DNA of 64,000 nt from Patescibacteria group bacterium (GCA_038063875.1 JBBTUH010000002.1:12530-76529); one strand, 5' to 3'; shown: positions 40,597 through 51,841, counted from the first letter of the stretch. A program made the numbers and translations. Notes: generated from the sequence alone by a model not told the origin.

Positions 40597-42568
40597 GCGC
40601 GCGAGATGTAAATAGGAATAGAAGTACTACGAATAATGTACTAATGGAAATCCACCTCCCCCATAGGTAATATCGACGTGGGGTAAATTCTATAATTACT
40701 TTGCCGTCCGCCATTTCTTGCAGCGCAAACGACATGATTCCAAAATTTTCTTTTTCCGGTGCTATTTTCTTTCCGTTTACAATCGCCTGCCACCCGTGAT
40801 GAAACGACTCCGACATCACAAGTTTTGTGGGTTGCTCTGTAATAACCTCTACCTCGTAATAATCATCAGTTATATTACGCCAGTTTAAAACTGTTCCATT
40901 TTCTATCCAAAAATAATCTTTTGATGGTGGTATTTCATACACTGCGACATCACCCGATTGAATTTTCGTAAGCCATGACACAGTATCAAGAACTTTCTCT
41001 ACATCATCTCTTTTTGTTTGACTATATTTTCTGTCATCGGTAAATATTTCTCCATACGGATCAAAGGGAACGATGATATACCGAATGCTCAAAGCATCCA
41101 ATTGATCTCTAACGGTCGCAATTTGCATCGCGCGTTCTAAAGAAGCGGCGTCAGTGGCGCCCAAAAGTGGTCCTGCTTCTATGGATAACTGATTTTGGGA
41201 AGTGAAGGTAAATCTGCTTTGTCGAGGAACCCACAATGTACGAAAAAATCCTTGTTCTTGAGACAACAATTGTTTTAATGCAATATACTGCTTGGGAACT
41301 TCTCGATAGGTAAATGTACCACCCAAGGCACCTACCATAGAAGGACGAATTAAAATCATCCAATACAATAAAAATACGACCGGAATAAGCCACACTAATG
41401 TAGCATAATATTTTTTTGTGACTTGAGTAATAAAATAAAGAGTAAACGGAATAAGCACGGCATACGAGGTCATAATCAGCACATAAAATTTCGTGGGGTC
41501 GCGAAACATCACAAAAAACGGGATATGCTCAAACAGCCACACGTACACCAAACCAAATGGCTCATTGGCACCTTTGGACAAAAATGCCCCGACTAAACCA
41601 AGTGTCGCAAATCCAAAAACAAATGCATTTTCTTTAATTTTTTTTGTAAAAAGTAAACTAGAAAACGCAAGGATCGGAAGAACGAGAAATTCAGGCTGCA
41701 AAAAATACGTTTTTCCAAACAAATTCTCTGGCCAATTAGGATGGAGAAGCGAAAGTGCGTGAGAAAAATCAGCAAAACTAAAAAATCGGAGTGCGGAAAT
41801 CGTCGTGTACGCACTTCCTAGTGTATCAAGAGTATTCTCTTTAAGAATCAACAGTGGCAACACCCAATAAAGATTTAAAAATATGCTTACTGCACCCGCC
41901 ACAATGCCAAATCGCAACCGTTTCCAAAATAATACAAGTCCATGCTCCTCAAAGAGACAAAGTATCCCCATGCTGATAGCTGAAAGGTATGCAATCCGAG
42001 GATCGAGAGAAATTTGCATTCCAAATACTGCCCCTAATATAAGAGTTGTTGTCCACGGATCTTTTGTACCACGAATAAATCGAAAAAATGCAATAAGCAC
42101 CCATGGAAATATCGACGCAGCATAAAACACCCCCATTTGCCCGCCACCTGTTACCATAAGCACGTAGGTATTCGTCGTCAAAATAAGTGATGCTATTGCA
42201 CGCATCCAGAGGTATGATCTTGGCACTATTGTCGCCATAAGCTGCCAGCCGCCGGTCGCTATAAAAATGAGGGGACACAAAAACCAAAATAGTTTATACA
42301 CGATTACCCATGGCAATCCACTTGCTACAGAAAGCCATGAAGAAATAAAATTATAGGTACTCAAAAAATACGACGGTGACAATCCCCCTAAACCTCCACC
42401 ATACCCACCTTGCCATGCACTAGACAACTGCGCCATCTCGTTTACCATTTCAGGAAATCGATACGACCAATCACCTCCAATAATTTCACCACCTGTAAAC
42501 CACGGTCTATATATAAAAATAAGAAATAACAAAACTAAAAATCCAACAAACACAGCTTTTCTATTCAT
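40586..42568 (-). CDS. GT-C-like multi-TM membrane protein with YfhO-like C-terminus
   Basis: GGDW loop, many TMs, FRDPTKF, SESFHHGW, terminal TM. Confidence 0.7.
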   Translation of the reverse strand: MNRKAVFVGFLVLLFLIFIYRPWFTGGEIIGGDWSYRFPEMVNEMAQLSSAWQGGYGGGLGGLSPSYFLSTYNFISSWLSVASGLPWVIVYKLFWFLCPLIFIATGGWQLMATIVPRSYLWMRAIASLILTTNTYVLMVTGGGQMGVFYAASIFPWVLIAFFRFIRGTKDPWTTTLILGAVFGMQISLDPRIAYLSAISMGILCLFEEHGLVLFWKRLRFGIVAGAVSIFLNLYWVLPLLILKENTLDTLGSAYTTISALRFFSFADFSHALSLLHPNWPENLFGKTYFLQPEFLVLPILAFSSLLFTKKIKENAFVFGFATLGLVGAFLSKGANEPFGLVYVWLFEHIPFFVMFRDPTKFYVLIMTSYAVLIPFTLYFITQVTKKYYATLVWLIPVVFLLYWMILIRPSMVGALGGTFTYREVPKQYIALKQLLSQEQGFFRTLWVPRQSRFTFTSQNQLSIEAGPLLGATDAASLERAMQIATVRDQLDALSIRYIIVPFDPYGEIFTDDRKYSQTKRDDVEKVLDTVSWLTKIQSGDVAVYEIPPSKDYFWIENGTVLNWRNITDDYYEVEVITEQPTKLVMSESFHHGWQAIVNGKKIAPEKENFGIMSFALQEMADGKVIIEFTPRRYYLWGRWISISTLFVVLLFLFTSRAHDR

Positions 42569-45500
42569 ACGACCCCATTTTTTATATATCTCCACATTCC
42601 ATACGATAGTAAACCGATTAATGCCATGGCACTTATGCTTGCACCAATATAAAAATATGATTGCATACTCATATACACTTCCAAATCATATTCACTCTGG
42701 CCATCGGCATCTTCAGGCTTTATATACCACGCGTTGGCATATCCATTCGCTTGAAAGTGACGCGTGTTCGCGATACCTTTACCAGAAGCGGCAAGAGAGA
42801 CGCGCCACCTGCGATTGTACGCTTCGCTTAAGCTTAATACGTATGGCCCATGCGCTCCAGTAACATGAACTTTATACATCGTCGGATTGACTTGAACAAA
42901 CGATATGGTAGGTGGCAAACCATCCTGATTCTGAATCTTCTTTGTAACCATCATGAGAGGATGCGGTACATGAACAAGCGATACGTTTTTAAGCTCAATT
43001 CGTGAAAGTGATAATTGATCAGTGGACGGAGATATCTGTACAAACCCAGTATTGACGTGCGTATTGGTCCGGACCACAGCTTGATACTGTTGCCATGTAG
43101 GGGATTTGAGCATATCTTCAACGATCGTACTTGTTCCGTCAGCCTTTTCAGGCTTTATCTGACTTTCTAGCATCCGGACGACAAACGGTTCCCCACTTGT
43201 CTTATAAGAAAATGTCAAAAGATAATAGCTTTGCGGCTGCCAATCATCAATTTTCCACACCAATCCTTTTGCACCCTTAATATACCGTGCGTCTATCGCA
43301 AAACTTGCTGAATCTGTAGCGGAAAGTTCTGATTCTAGCATCATTCTCGAATTATTCGTTAGCATATTTTGTTGTTCCATCAAAGAAAGACTCCCTTGAT
43401 CCAAGGGATTACTTTCTCCATGACTTACTGTTCCCAATTTTACCCATCGCTCTTTCAAATTCACAGGAACTTGGAAACGTGCATCGTTGATAGTCACAGA
43501 AAGTCGATCATGTACGTTATATGTACTCGTATCCACATACAGGTCGTATGGTCCCGCGTCTTTTTTGGGTAAAGACGCGCTATACGGCACTGTCAAATCG
43601 GAAAGATCCGCACGCGTCCTCTCGAGAAGATTTCCAAACATCATATCTGTTATTCCCTCAAGATAATCTCGATGTGAAACTATTGGGTCTCTATTTTTAA
43701 TCAACAGTGTTACACGCCGATAGTGCTGACGCAAGTATTCAGTCAAAAGAAATCTTTGCTCCGTCTTCCATAATAGCGACTGATCTGTGGTATCAATCAT
43801 TTTGATACTATCATCAAAATATCTATAGTAGCGTGCAAGCGTCGCCTCCCAACTGTTCATAGACATTCTCGATTCTTTATAGACAGTGTTAAAATCCTCA
43901 AGAGTGCGTAGCGTTCCCAATACCGGCATACTCTCACCAAAGCGTTCCAACTCAAGAATTCGCTTGGCAGATAAAAATGATTGTTGATCGATACGCGAAA
44001 AATAATTGGCTCTACCAAACTTCCATAATTTTACTTTTTCCTTCACCACTACCAACGGATATAAAAATGACGATGGCGACTGAGTCACAAACGCATGATG
44101 CATGATTCTCGGCGGATACGGATTTTTTACCATGGCAAGAAGATGGCTTTGCGATTCTGCAGGATAAAAACGAGCGTCAGCAAGCTCGACATCCTCCTCC
44201 TCAAAAAATACAGACGTATCAATAGTATTTGGCAAAACAGTCAATGGCACAGATGCATCGTTTAGTACGCGTGATAGAGAAAGTACATTGCTGGGAACAT
44301 ATACCCGAGGCACAACATCTTTATCATCAAGCGCATACACAAAAAATCGATTATCAAACGACTCTAAGAGTCGCAACGAAAGCGAATCGACAAACTGCTT
44401 ATATTCCTTCTGACGCTTGGGTAAATATTTTCTCACGTCATCGTAGGGAAACGCAGGAAAGGCATCGTACACCTGTGGATCGCTATTATAAAATATATAC
44501 TTGATATTTAAGATGCCCAGTATGCGCTTTACCATTGTAGTATCGTTATTGGCAGTTGCATCCAATAGAATTTCTCGATATCTTCCAAACTCCGCAGTAC
44601 CCGCAAAATCCTGCTTTCCCGCCAAATATGAAATCATCGATGGTCCTTGGTATGCCCCCTCACTTTTTCCAGCCACAATCTGATACCCTGGGTCCGTCAA
44701 CGGGAGCGTTACAAACTTTCCATCATTGGGCAATTGCCTGATGTATTCAAGTGCTTTTACAAATACTGGATCCATGTTCATCGCTATGCGACTATTAGTG
44801 GATTGCCATAAAATCGGGTTTGTTAAGGATCCATTGATAAACGGCCACGCATTGACAAAGAGTAAGAAAATAAATACTCCTAACCAAATCTTCACCTTTG
44901 GATACGCATTTATAATGACAAAAAGTGTCATACCAAAGACAAGAGCGTAATAAAACAAATACGCAGAAGCCCACTGCCCATAAAAATTTCTAAATATTGA
45001 AAATCCGGGAAGTATAAAAAGTTTTTTATACAGCGACAATCCCGCCTCACCTATATTTGCCGTAGCAAAAAAAAATATAGTCAAAAATCCTACACAAAAT
45101 ATTAGAAGCGTTTTTCTATATTTTTGTGGCTCTCCTGCTCCTCGTAACAAGCCAACTATCAGCGTAAACGGCACAAAAATCATAAAGAATAAAAATGTGG
45201 AAAGTTCTCTTGTCTGTGGTAGCATCAACACATTAATTGACGCCTTTATACTTGGTGCTATGGCCGAAAAGTACCCAAGTCCCCGATCATACTTCCCAGC
45301 GGCAGAAAACACAGACGTATACAAAACGCTCCCAGGAGTCACCATACTCGCAATTTGTGGCACTATATGAAATGCCTGAAGAAGTATAAATATAATACAT
45401 GCTACGCCAATCTGTTTCCAACGGATATTCTGACCCAATACCCATTGTTTATACATCAAAAGCAAGACAAGAGTTATCGGATAAAATGCAAAAAAAACCG

Positions 45501-46080
45501 GAGCCGCCGCAAAACTAAAATTGGCAGAAAATACAAAAGTCAGCAAGAGCGCACAGAAAAGATAATACAGTCGATCAGATACCATAAATCGCAATAACAA
45601 ATAAAACATAATAGGGTTAAGGAACACATGATTGTGCGTCATCAGCACCTTGTCCCAACCAAAAATAGAAACAGGGGAGAAAACATACAATAACCCTCCT
45701 GCCACCGCAGCAAACTCTTTTAATCTTTCACCTTTTGTAGCAGTATAGAGAAGTTGTACGATCGATAAATACACAAACAAAAAACTCATAGACACACTCA
45801 AACCATGAAATGCGCTTATTAATACCGTCGATGACACAAATATTCGCTTTGCTACCGCCAAAAAAGCCACAAATGGTATGGTCATAAAACCGATATTCTC
45901 CGAGCCTACACCAGAGGGAGAGACGGCAAATAAAGAATAATTGAGAAGATACCGAAGAGGATCATAAAAGTACAATCGGCTGGAATCACCCCCCAGATCC
46001 ATAAATCCAGGTTTGAGCCAAAAAAAAGGAAAGATAAAGAGAATAAGCGTAATTACAAAAGGAAGAAGCTTACTCCTCAT
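42565..46080 (-). CDS. Large GT-C-like membrane protein (AftD/DUF3367- or YfhO-like) with extra extracellular domains
   Basis: MDLGGDSSRLYFYDP, FRNFYGQW, LSEAYNRRW, NGYANAW; paralog of 46417..48558. Confidence 0.7.
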   Translation of the reverse strand: MRSKLLPFVITLILFIFPFFWLKPGFMDLGGDSSRLYFYDPLRYLLNYSLFAVSPSGVGSENIGFMTIPFVAFLAVAKRIFVSSTVLISAFHGLSVSMSFLFVYLSIVQLLYTATKGERLKEFAAVAGGLLYVFSPVSIFGWDKVLMTHNHVFLNPIMFYLLLRFMVSDRLYYLFCALLLTFVFSANFSFAAAPVFFAFYPITLVLLLMYKQWVLGQNIRWKQIGVACIIFILLQAFHIVPQIASMVTPGSVLYTSVFSAAGKYDRGLGYFSAIAPSIKASINVLMLPQTRELSTFLFFMIFVPFTLIVGLLRGAGEPQKYRKTLLIFCVGFLTIFFFATANIGEAGLSLYKKLFILPGFSIFRNFYGQWASAYLFYYALVFGMTLFVIINAYPKVKIWLGVFIFLLFVNAWPFINGSLTNPILWQSTNSRIAMNMDPVFVKALEYIRQLPNDGKFVTLPLTDPGYQIVAGKSEGAYQGPSMISYLAGKQDFAGTAEFGRYREILLDATANNDTTMVKRILGILNIKYIFYNSDPQVYDAFPAFPYDDVRKYLPKRQKEYKQFVDSLSLRLLESFDNRFFVYALDDKDVVPRVYVPSNVLSLSRVLNDASVPLTVLPNTIDTSVFFEEEDVELADARFYPAESQSHLLAMVKNPYPPRIMHHAFVTQSPSSFLYPLVVVKEKVKLWKFGRANYFSRIDQQSFLSAKRILELERFGESMPVLGTLRTLEDFNTVYKESRMSMNSWEATLARYYRYFDDSIKMIDTTDQSLLWKTEQRFLLTEYLRQHYRRVTLLIKNRDPIVSHRDYLEGITDMMFGNLLERTRADLSDLTVPYSASLPKKDAGPYDLYVDTSTYNVHDRLSVTINDARFQVPVNLKERWVKLGTVSHGESNPLDQGSLSLMEQQNMLTNNSRMMLESELSATDSASFAIDARYIKGAKGLVWKIDDWQPQSYYLLTFSYKTSGEPFVVRMLESQIKPEKADGTSTIVEDMLKSPTWQQYQAVVRTNTHVNTGFVQISPSTDQLSLSRIELKNVSLVHVPHPLMMVTKKIQNQDGLPPTISFVQVNPTMYKVHVTGAHGPYVLSLSEAYNRRWRVSLAASGKGIANTRHFQANGYANAWYIKPEDADGQSEYDLEVYMSMQSYFYIGASISAMALIGLLSYGMWRYIKNGVV

Positions 46081-46424
46081 GCGGTTATCTCCCGCCACTG
46101 CGCAATAAGCCCAAGAGCCATAAACAATACTAGCCACACAGCAAATCGCTCAGTAGATATTGAGGCACTGCTTACAAGATACGATATCGCCATGACGACC
46201 AACAAAACAAAACATACTTGAAACACTCGTACACTCGTAAGCTTTCCTGTACGCGCAAAGAACCAATAAAGAAAAAGCCCGCCAAACAATCGCACATCTT
46301 TTGAAATTGGAAACACGAAGACTTCCGCTACAATAAGTATGGAGACGAATGCTAAAAACGTCAGTTGATTTTCATGAATCCATTCGCCAAACACCACAAG
46401 CATGTTTTGTGTTTTCTTAAACAT
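46077..46424 (-). CDS. Small multi-TM membrane protein
   Basis: 115 aa, hydrophobic, overlaps both neighbours. Confidence 0.75.
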   Translation of the reverse strand: MFKKTQNMLVVFGEWIHENQLTFLAFVSILIVAEVFVFPISKDVRLFGGLFLYWFFARTGKLTSVRVFQVCFVLLVVMAISYLVSSASISTERFAVWLVLFMALGLIAQWREITA

Positions 46425-48558
46425 ATGTTTTTTGACGAATTGACATTAAAGCTAATACGATCAAAGATATCAAGGTAACACCCCACCCAATCCAAATATA
46501 TTTTTGGCTCTTGAGCCTTAAGGTCATAGTATAACTCTTTTTTCCTTCAAGATCATCTGTGGTGAATCGCCACGCATTCGCATAGCCATTTAGTTTGACA
46601 TGCCGATCCTCCGGCACGAGCGTGTTATCAACAAACAATTGCCAATTACGATTGTATGTATTATTCCACACTACTATATTTGGATGCGTATCCTTGGTCG
46701 TAAGCGACATATGATAGAAAACGGGACTTATCCGTGTCGCCATAAATTGCGCTTGACTATCTGGTGCACCCTCAAGCACATCGGTCACATACAATTCTGA
46801 TCTCCATACCGATCTGTCCAATTCATATATTACATACGAACCGTTTGTATAAATGCGTTTCGTCGGAAGCTTGTCTACAAACTCTTCATACCCCTTCTGC
46901 GTTTGTGGAAAAGATGTTTTCATGTATGTATATGGCGACTGTGGGAAACCTGCCTCATAAATAGCAGGATCACTGTTGTGGAAAATATATCGTATAGATA
47001 ATCGAGACAGCAAGCTTGTAATCGCCTCGTAATCTTTTTCCCGTGCATATTTCATCATATCCTCCGGAAATGGACCAAAAATCTGGTAGCCATTAAAATC
47101 TTTTTTACCGGTAAGCTGCGAAATCGTAGAAGTGCCTACATACGCACCGCCATTTTTACCGGCCAATACTTGACTATACGCATCCGTCAAGGGCAGCGTC
47201 AAAATTTTGCCATCATCCGGAAGCGATCGGATAAACGCTAATGTTTCTTCATATTTAGGATCCATGGCAAACGTCATACGTACATTATCTGACTGCGTAT
47301 GAATTTTATTCACCGTCTCCCCCTTTAGAAAAGGCAACGCACTGACTACCCAAAGCACTATGATTACTCCACCCAAATACGACATCCACCTGCGATATGA
47401 CAAATGCTTAATAATTACGTGTATCGCTAACCCTAAAAGTAGGGCATAAAAGAACGCATACACAGACGGCCACTGACCGATAAAATTACGAAACATCGAA
47501 AAACCAGGAATGTAATACAAATTTTTATAAAATTCTACGCCGACGTTGGTAATCTTGGCCGCGTAAAGATACAGAGTAACTAAATAAAATCCAGCAGTAA
47601 GAATCAAAACCTTACTTTTTGTATTCAAAACAAATCCTATCATGATAATGGTCGGCGCTATAAAACTCACCCAAGTAAGCTGTGTGACCATAGGTGTCAT
47701 AAAAATATCTTTTACGACACTTGCAAGCGGTAAAATGGCAGTAAAATACCGCACACCTTCATGCATAATACTTGTGCGATCAAACACTCGAGTATTGGTA
47801 AAGCTTCCGGGTTCAAAAAGATTAATAACCTGCGGCAGGAGATGAAATGCTTGAATACCCAAAAACAACAATCCTCCATAGAACATCCATCTCCATGGAA
47901 TTACTTTCCGGACGACAAACTTGGTGTAGAGCAGTAGAAACACTATTGACAAAGGATAAAACGCAAAAAACGGCGGAGCACTCGTAAGGGCGAAATTAGG
48001 CGCGAAGACAAAGCTAATCCATAGTGCGGCCCAAAGATATTTGACGTTGGTGTCTGTAAAAAACTTGAGGATCAAATAAAACATCAGAGGATTTAAAAAT
48101 ACTTGATTATGAGAGGTGAGCGCCTTGTCATAATTACCAAGCATAATCGGAGCTAAGATATAAAACATACCCGCCATAAGCGGGGCAAGTATACTTTTTT
48201 TTCTGATGACTTCCCTTACTATCCCATACATCGCCAAGAATCCAACGCTCAACTTAAGACCCGAAATAATATTGATTACAATCGTCGGAGACTGGAAAAC
48301 AAACCTCAGCACGGCAATCAGAGCTACATAGGGAAGATAGTACGTATTAGGCTCTGCAAGCCCAAGTCCTTCCGGCACAAAATGATAGAGGCTCACATTT
48401 TTGATAAAGGATATGGGGTCATAAAAATATAATCTCCCGCTATCACCTCCTAAGTCCATCTCGCCAGATTTCAACCAAAAAAATGGTATGGAAAATAAAC
48501 AGGCTGCAAATATCCAGTGAATATTTCGACCTATCCATTTGTATATGATCGTATTCAT
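46417..48558 (-). CDS. GT-C-like multi-TM membrane protein
   Basis: MDLGGDSGRLYFYDP, FRNFIGQW, NGYANAW. Confidence 0.7.
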   Translation of the reverse strand: MNTIIYKWIGRNIHWIFAACLFSIPFFWLKSGEMDLGGDSGRLYFYDPISFIKNVSLYHFVPEGLGLAEPNTYYLPYVALIAVLRFVFQSPTIVINIISGLKLSVGFLAMYGIVREVIRKKSILAPLMAGMFYILAPIMLGNYDKALTSHNQVFLNPLMFYLILKFFTDTNVKYLWAALWISFVFAPNFALTSAPPFFAFYPLSIVFLLLYTKFVVRKVIPWRWMFYGGLLFLGIQAFHLLPQVINLFEPGSFTNTRVFDRTSIMHEGVRYFTAILPLASVVKDIFMTPMVTQLTWVSFIAPTIIMIGFVLNTKSKVLILTAGFYLVTLYLYAAKITNVGVEFYKNLYYIPGFSMFRNFIGQWPSVYAFFYALLLGLAIHVIIKHLSYRRWMSYLGGVIIVLWVVSALPFLKGETVNKIHTQSDNVRMTFAMDPKYEETLAFIRSLPDDGKILTLPLTDAYSQVLAGKNGGAYVGTSTISQLTGKKDFNGYQIFGPFPEDMMKYAREKDYEAITSLLSRLSIRYIFHNSDPAIYEAGFPQSPYTYMKTSFPQTQKGYEEFVDKLPTKRIYTNGSYVIYELDRSVWRSELYVTDVLEGAPDSQAQFMATRISPVFYHMSLTTKDTHPNIVVWNNTYNRNWQLFVDNTLVPEDRHVKLNGYANAWRFTTDDLEGKKSYTMTLRLKSQKYIWIGWGVTLISLIVLALMSIRQKTYV

Positions 48559-49862
48559 GAGATTTTATATTTGGCAAGAAATACATCAAAAACAGAGAGT
48601 ACATACTGTATCATTTCATTCGTAATACCGGGATACACGCCAATCCAAAATCCATCATTCATAATTTTATCAGAATTGGATAGCGTACCTACGACTCGCA
48701 TATCTTTTCTCCCTCGGTATGCCGGATGTTTTAATAAATTTCCAGCAAAAAGATTTCTCGTCCCTATCTTATGATCCTCGAGCCACTCTACAAGCTCCAA
48801 TCTGGTAAATGGTGCACCATCAGCAATGACTATAGGAAACCCAAACCAACAAGGATCAGCTCCGTTTTCTACATCCATAAACAAGAAATATTTTTCGTAT
48901 TTGGATAATCCTTCTAGCAAAGCTTGATAATTAGCCTTTCTTGCTTTAATAAACTTCGGTAATTTATCTAACTGAGCTAGTCCTATAGCCGCCTGCATAT
49001 CAGTAAGCTTCACATTATATCCAATTTGCGAATAAATATATTTATGATCATAGCCATAGGGCAAGTCGCCGAGCTGCCAACGAAAACGTTTGCCGCAGGT
49101 ATTATCTTTTCCCGTATCACACCAACAGTCCCTTCCCCAATCTCGAAACTGTCGGATCGCTTTATGAATAAACGGATTACTTGTCACTACTGCCCCACCT
49201 TCACCCATGGTAATCTGGTGAGCAGGATAAAATGAAAAGGTTGCAACATGACCGAAAGTAGAAACTAATTTGCCATTGTATGTAGAGCCTAATGCGTCAC
49301 AACAATCCTCTATAAACCAAAGCTTGTGTTTGGTTACCAGCTTCATAATCCCGTCAAGTGGCATGGGATTGCCTAGGGTATGAGCCATCATGATGGCTTT
49401 TGTTTTAGGAGTTATCGCTTTTTGTATCGCCTGCACCGTCGCATTCTTTGTCCCCAAATCATTATCGATAAATACAGGGATGAATCCATTTTGAATAATA
49501 GGATTTACTGTAGTAGGAAACCCTGTGGCGACAGTAATGACCTCGTCACCTGCCTTCAGCGCACGCTCGCCAAAAACACTACTGGTAAGCGCCGAAAGTG
49601 CGATAAGATTGGCAGACGATCCAGAATTGACTAAGCTTACATATTTCACACCCAAATAATCACGAAATCGTCTTTCAAATTCTTCACTAAATCGTCCCTC
49701 CGTCCACCAGCCATCAAGCACTGCTTCGACCCCCTTATACATTTCCTCCGCATCAAAAACCTTGCCAGACACAGGCACAGGTGTTACGTTTGGAATAAAT
49801 TTCGATTTGTTATATTTAGCCTTATAATGTGCGCGAATGTGTGAAGCTAGTGCGTTTTTCAT
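48555..49862 (-). CDS. rfbH: CDP-4-keto-6-deoxyglucose 3-dehydratase (E1)
   Basis: NSGSSANL, AHTLGNP, EDCCDALG, SFYPAHQITMGEGG (His in place of Lys), RDWGRDCWC....NTC Fe-S ligands, GYDHKY. Confidence 0.95.
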   Translation of the reverse strand: MKNALASHIRAHYKAKYNKSKFIPNVTPVPVSGKVFDAEEMYKGVEAVLDGWWTEGRFSEEFERRFRDYLGVKYVSLVNSGSSANLIALSALTSSVFGERALKAGDEVITVATGFPTTVNPIIQNGFIPVFIDNDLGTKNATVQAIQKAITPKTKAIMMAHTLGNPMPLDGIMKLVTKHKLWFIEDCCDALGSTYNGKLVSTFGHVATFSFYPAHQITMGEGGAVVTSNPFIHKAIRQFRDWGRDCWCDTGKDNTCGKRFRWQLGDLPYGYDHKYIYSQIGYNVKLTDMQAAIGLAQLDKLPKFIKARKANYQALLEGLSKYEKYFLFMDVENGADPCWFGFPIVIADGAPFTRLELVEWLEDHKIGTRNLFAGNLLKHPAYRGRKDMRVVGTLSNSDKIMNDGFWIGVYPGITNEMIQYVLSVFDVFLAKYKIS

Positions 49863-49891
49863 ATACGGATCCTATTGTATCGAGGTATAGC

Positions 49892-50923
49892 TCAAATCAC
49901 AAACAGACGTTTAAACAATTTTTTCCCGTGAAACTCTATCTCTGAATACCCATACGCAATAACCATCAAAAAACACATAATCGGATGAAGAAACCATGCC
50001 ACATCCCGACGCTTTACATATCCTCGAATACTAAAGATAATCGGCTCAACAAACGTCAAAGAATAAATGACATATTTGAATAAATTCCATCGATCACGCG
50101 AAGACGTCCAATCCATGACATGATACGTCCGCTCTGCTGATTTTTCATCAGTAAAAAGCTGCTTTATGGCCACACGTCTTTTAATATGTAACAAAATATT
50201 GTTGCCCATCACATGAATGATGCTATTGTGTATCACTGCGACTGTATTATGACCACGCTGAACTATATCTTGAAATGCATCAACGTGAATATATGATCTC
50301 TGTTTTTTTATGGCTTCATTAAGAATGGAACGGTTAATAAGAAATCCGTTATCTCCCAACGTAGGCGTATTGTCTGAATTGAAACGAACAACTGAGTATC
50401 GTGCAGATTTACGTATTACGTATCCTTTCGTATACAAATCATTGACGATTGGTTCCTTATCAGATTTTTGTAGATAATACAACGTAGGATCTGGTGATCC
50501 TATCAGAGCAGTATATTTTGTTAAAAATGACATGTCGTCACGATAATCATTATGCATCGGGTAACTGCAAAAGATATCCTCCTTTATCATGGGTTCTACC
50601 AAACACGCCAACCAATTCTCACCGACGGGTATATTGTCAGATTCTAAAATAAGCACCAAATCACCTTTAGCTTTTTTCAATCCCAAAGAAAATCTGTACT
50701 GCTCCTTATCTCTTAAATCAGGACGAACTATCACTGTACACCCATATTTCCTTGCAAGGCTAGCGATTGCATTTGTCGAGCCCCCATCCATAATGATATG
50801 TTCGATGATATATTTTGAATATGTTTGAGATTTAAGTGAATCTAATACATTGCTGAATATTGCCAAATCACTATTATATGTGCCTGTCACAATGGACACA
50901 GTCGGATTAACAATCATATTCAC
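49892..50923 (-). CDS. GT2 glycosyltransferase
   Basis: DGGST, ESDN, PTLGDNGF, C-terminal hydrophobic segments. Confidence 0.85.
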   Translation of the reverse strand: MNMIVNPTVSIVTGTYNSDLAIFSNVLDSLKSQTYSKYIIEHIIMDGGSTNAIASLARKYGCTVIVRPDLRDKEQYRFSLGLKKAKGDLVLILESDNIPVGENWLACLVEPMIKEDIFCSYPMHNDYRDDMSFLTKYTALIGSPDPTLYYLQKSDKEPIVNDLYTKGYVIRKSARYSVVRFNSDNTPTLGDNGFLINRSILNEAIKKQRSYIHVDAFQDIVQRGHNTVAVIHNSIIHVMGNNILLHIKRRVAIKQLFTDEKSAERTYHVMDWTSSRDRWNLFKYVIYSLTFVEPIIFSIRGYVKRRDVAWFLHPIMCFLMVIAYGYSEIEFHGKKLFKRLFVI

Positions 50924-50937
50924 AAAAAATGAAGAAA

Positions 50938-51837
50938 CTATTTTATACGCGCTGCGTGTATCATTTTCAACGAATTTTCATTCTTTATAATAGATTTTGT
51001 ATTATTAACGTTCACGATAAAATTATTTAATTCCAATAGCGTAAGGATTCTCTTCAACGAATTCTTTTTCTTATTCATTCCTGGATGATATTCTATGACA
51101 AACTCTCCAACACGATCTAAATAGTTCCTTGATTCCGCTAGAACCTCCCCTTCCATTCCTTCAACATCTAGCTTCACCACATCCGTCATTTTTCCGCGAA
51201 GAAGCCGAGACAAACGGACCGACTCGACCTGCAAAATGGACATATCCTGCCGGCCCTGAACGAAATCGGAAGCTCCCGTATCCGAAACAGACCATCCGTC
51301 ATTGGATTGAAATGTATAGAACGGATGGCGTTTCTCCAATGAATCGGTAACAAACGCCACTCTGATTTCAATATCACGGAGACCATTTTGCTTGATATTC
51401 CGCTTCAATAATTTTACCGTATGGCTATTTGCTTCAATCGCAACGATCAATGCATCCGGACACACATGCTTAAAATACAGTACGGACATACCCCAACTGC
51501 TGCCACAATCAATAATTGTCATGCGGTTTTTCTTTTTATTCAATTTATACTCCTGAATGCCGAATATTTCGATAAAAAGGAGCGTAAATTCTAGATAATT
51601 AGGAAATTCCATTGTATAGCCAAAAAATGATTCACGCGTTACATGTATCCAGAATAATTTTATATATACTGCTTTCAAAAAAAATTTAGTCTCCAACGCG
51701 AGGATGTGTAACCGTCGAAACAGGCCTAATTCTGTATTAAGAAGTATTGGCAACACACTTTTCAGTAGTGCTTGAAACGTAAAATAATAGAAATACAATC
51801 TAATAAAATATTGAGAATCTGTAATTTTTTTCATCAT
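50938..51837 (-). CDS. FkbM family methyltransferase
   Basis: IIDCGSSWG, AIEAN, VKLDVEG.E, IEYH. Confidence 0.88.
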   Translation of the reverse strand: MMKKITDSQYFIRLYFYYFTFQALLKSVLPILLNTELGLFRRLHILALETKFFLKAVYIKLFWIHVTRESFFGYTMEFPNYLEFTLLFIEIFGIQEYKLNKKKNRMTIIDCGSSWGMSVLYFKHVCPDALIVAIEANSHTVKLLKRNIKQNGLRDIEIRVAFVTDSLEKRHPFYTFQSNDGWSVSDTGASDFVQGRQDMSILQVESVRLSRLLRGKMTDVVKLDVEGMEGEVLAESRNYLDRVGEFVIEYHPGMNKKKNSLKRILTLLELNNFIVNVNNTKSIIKNENSLKMIHAARIK

Positions 51838-51841
51838 AGTA

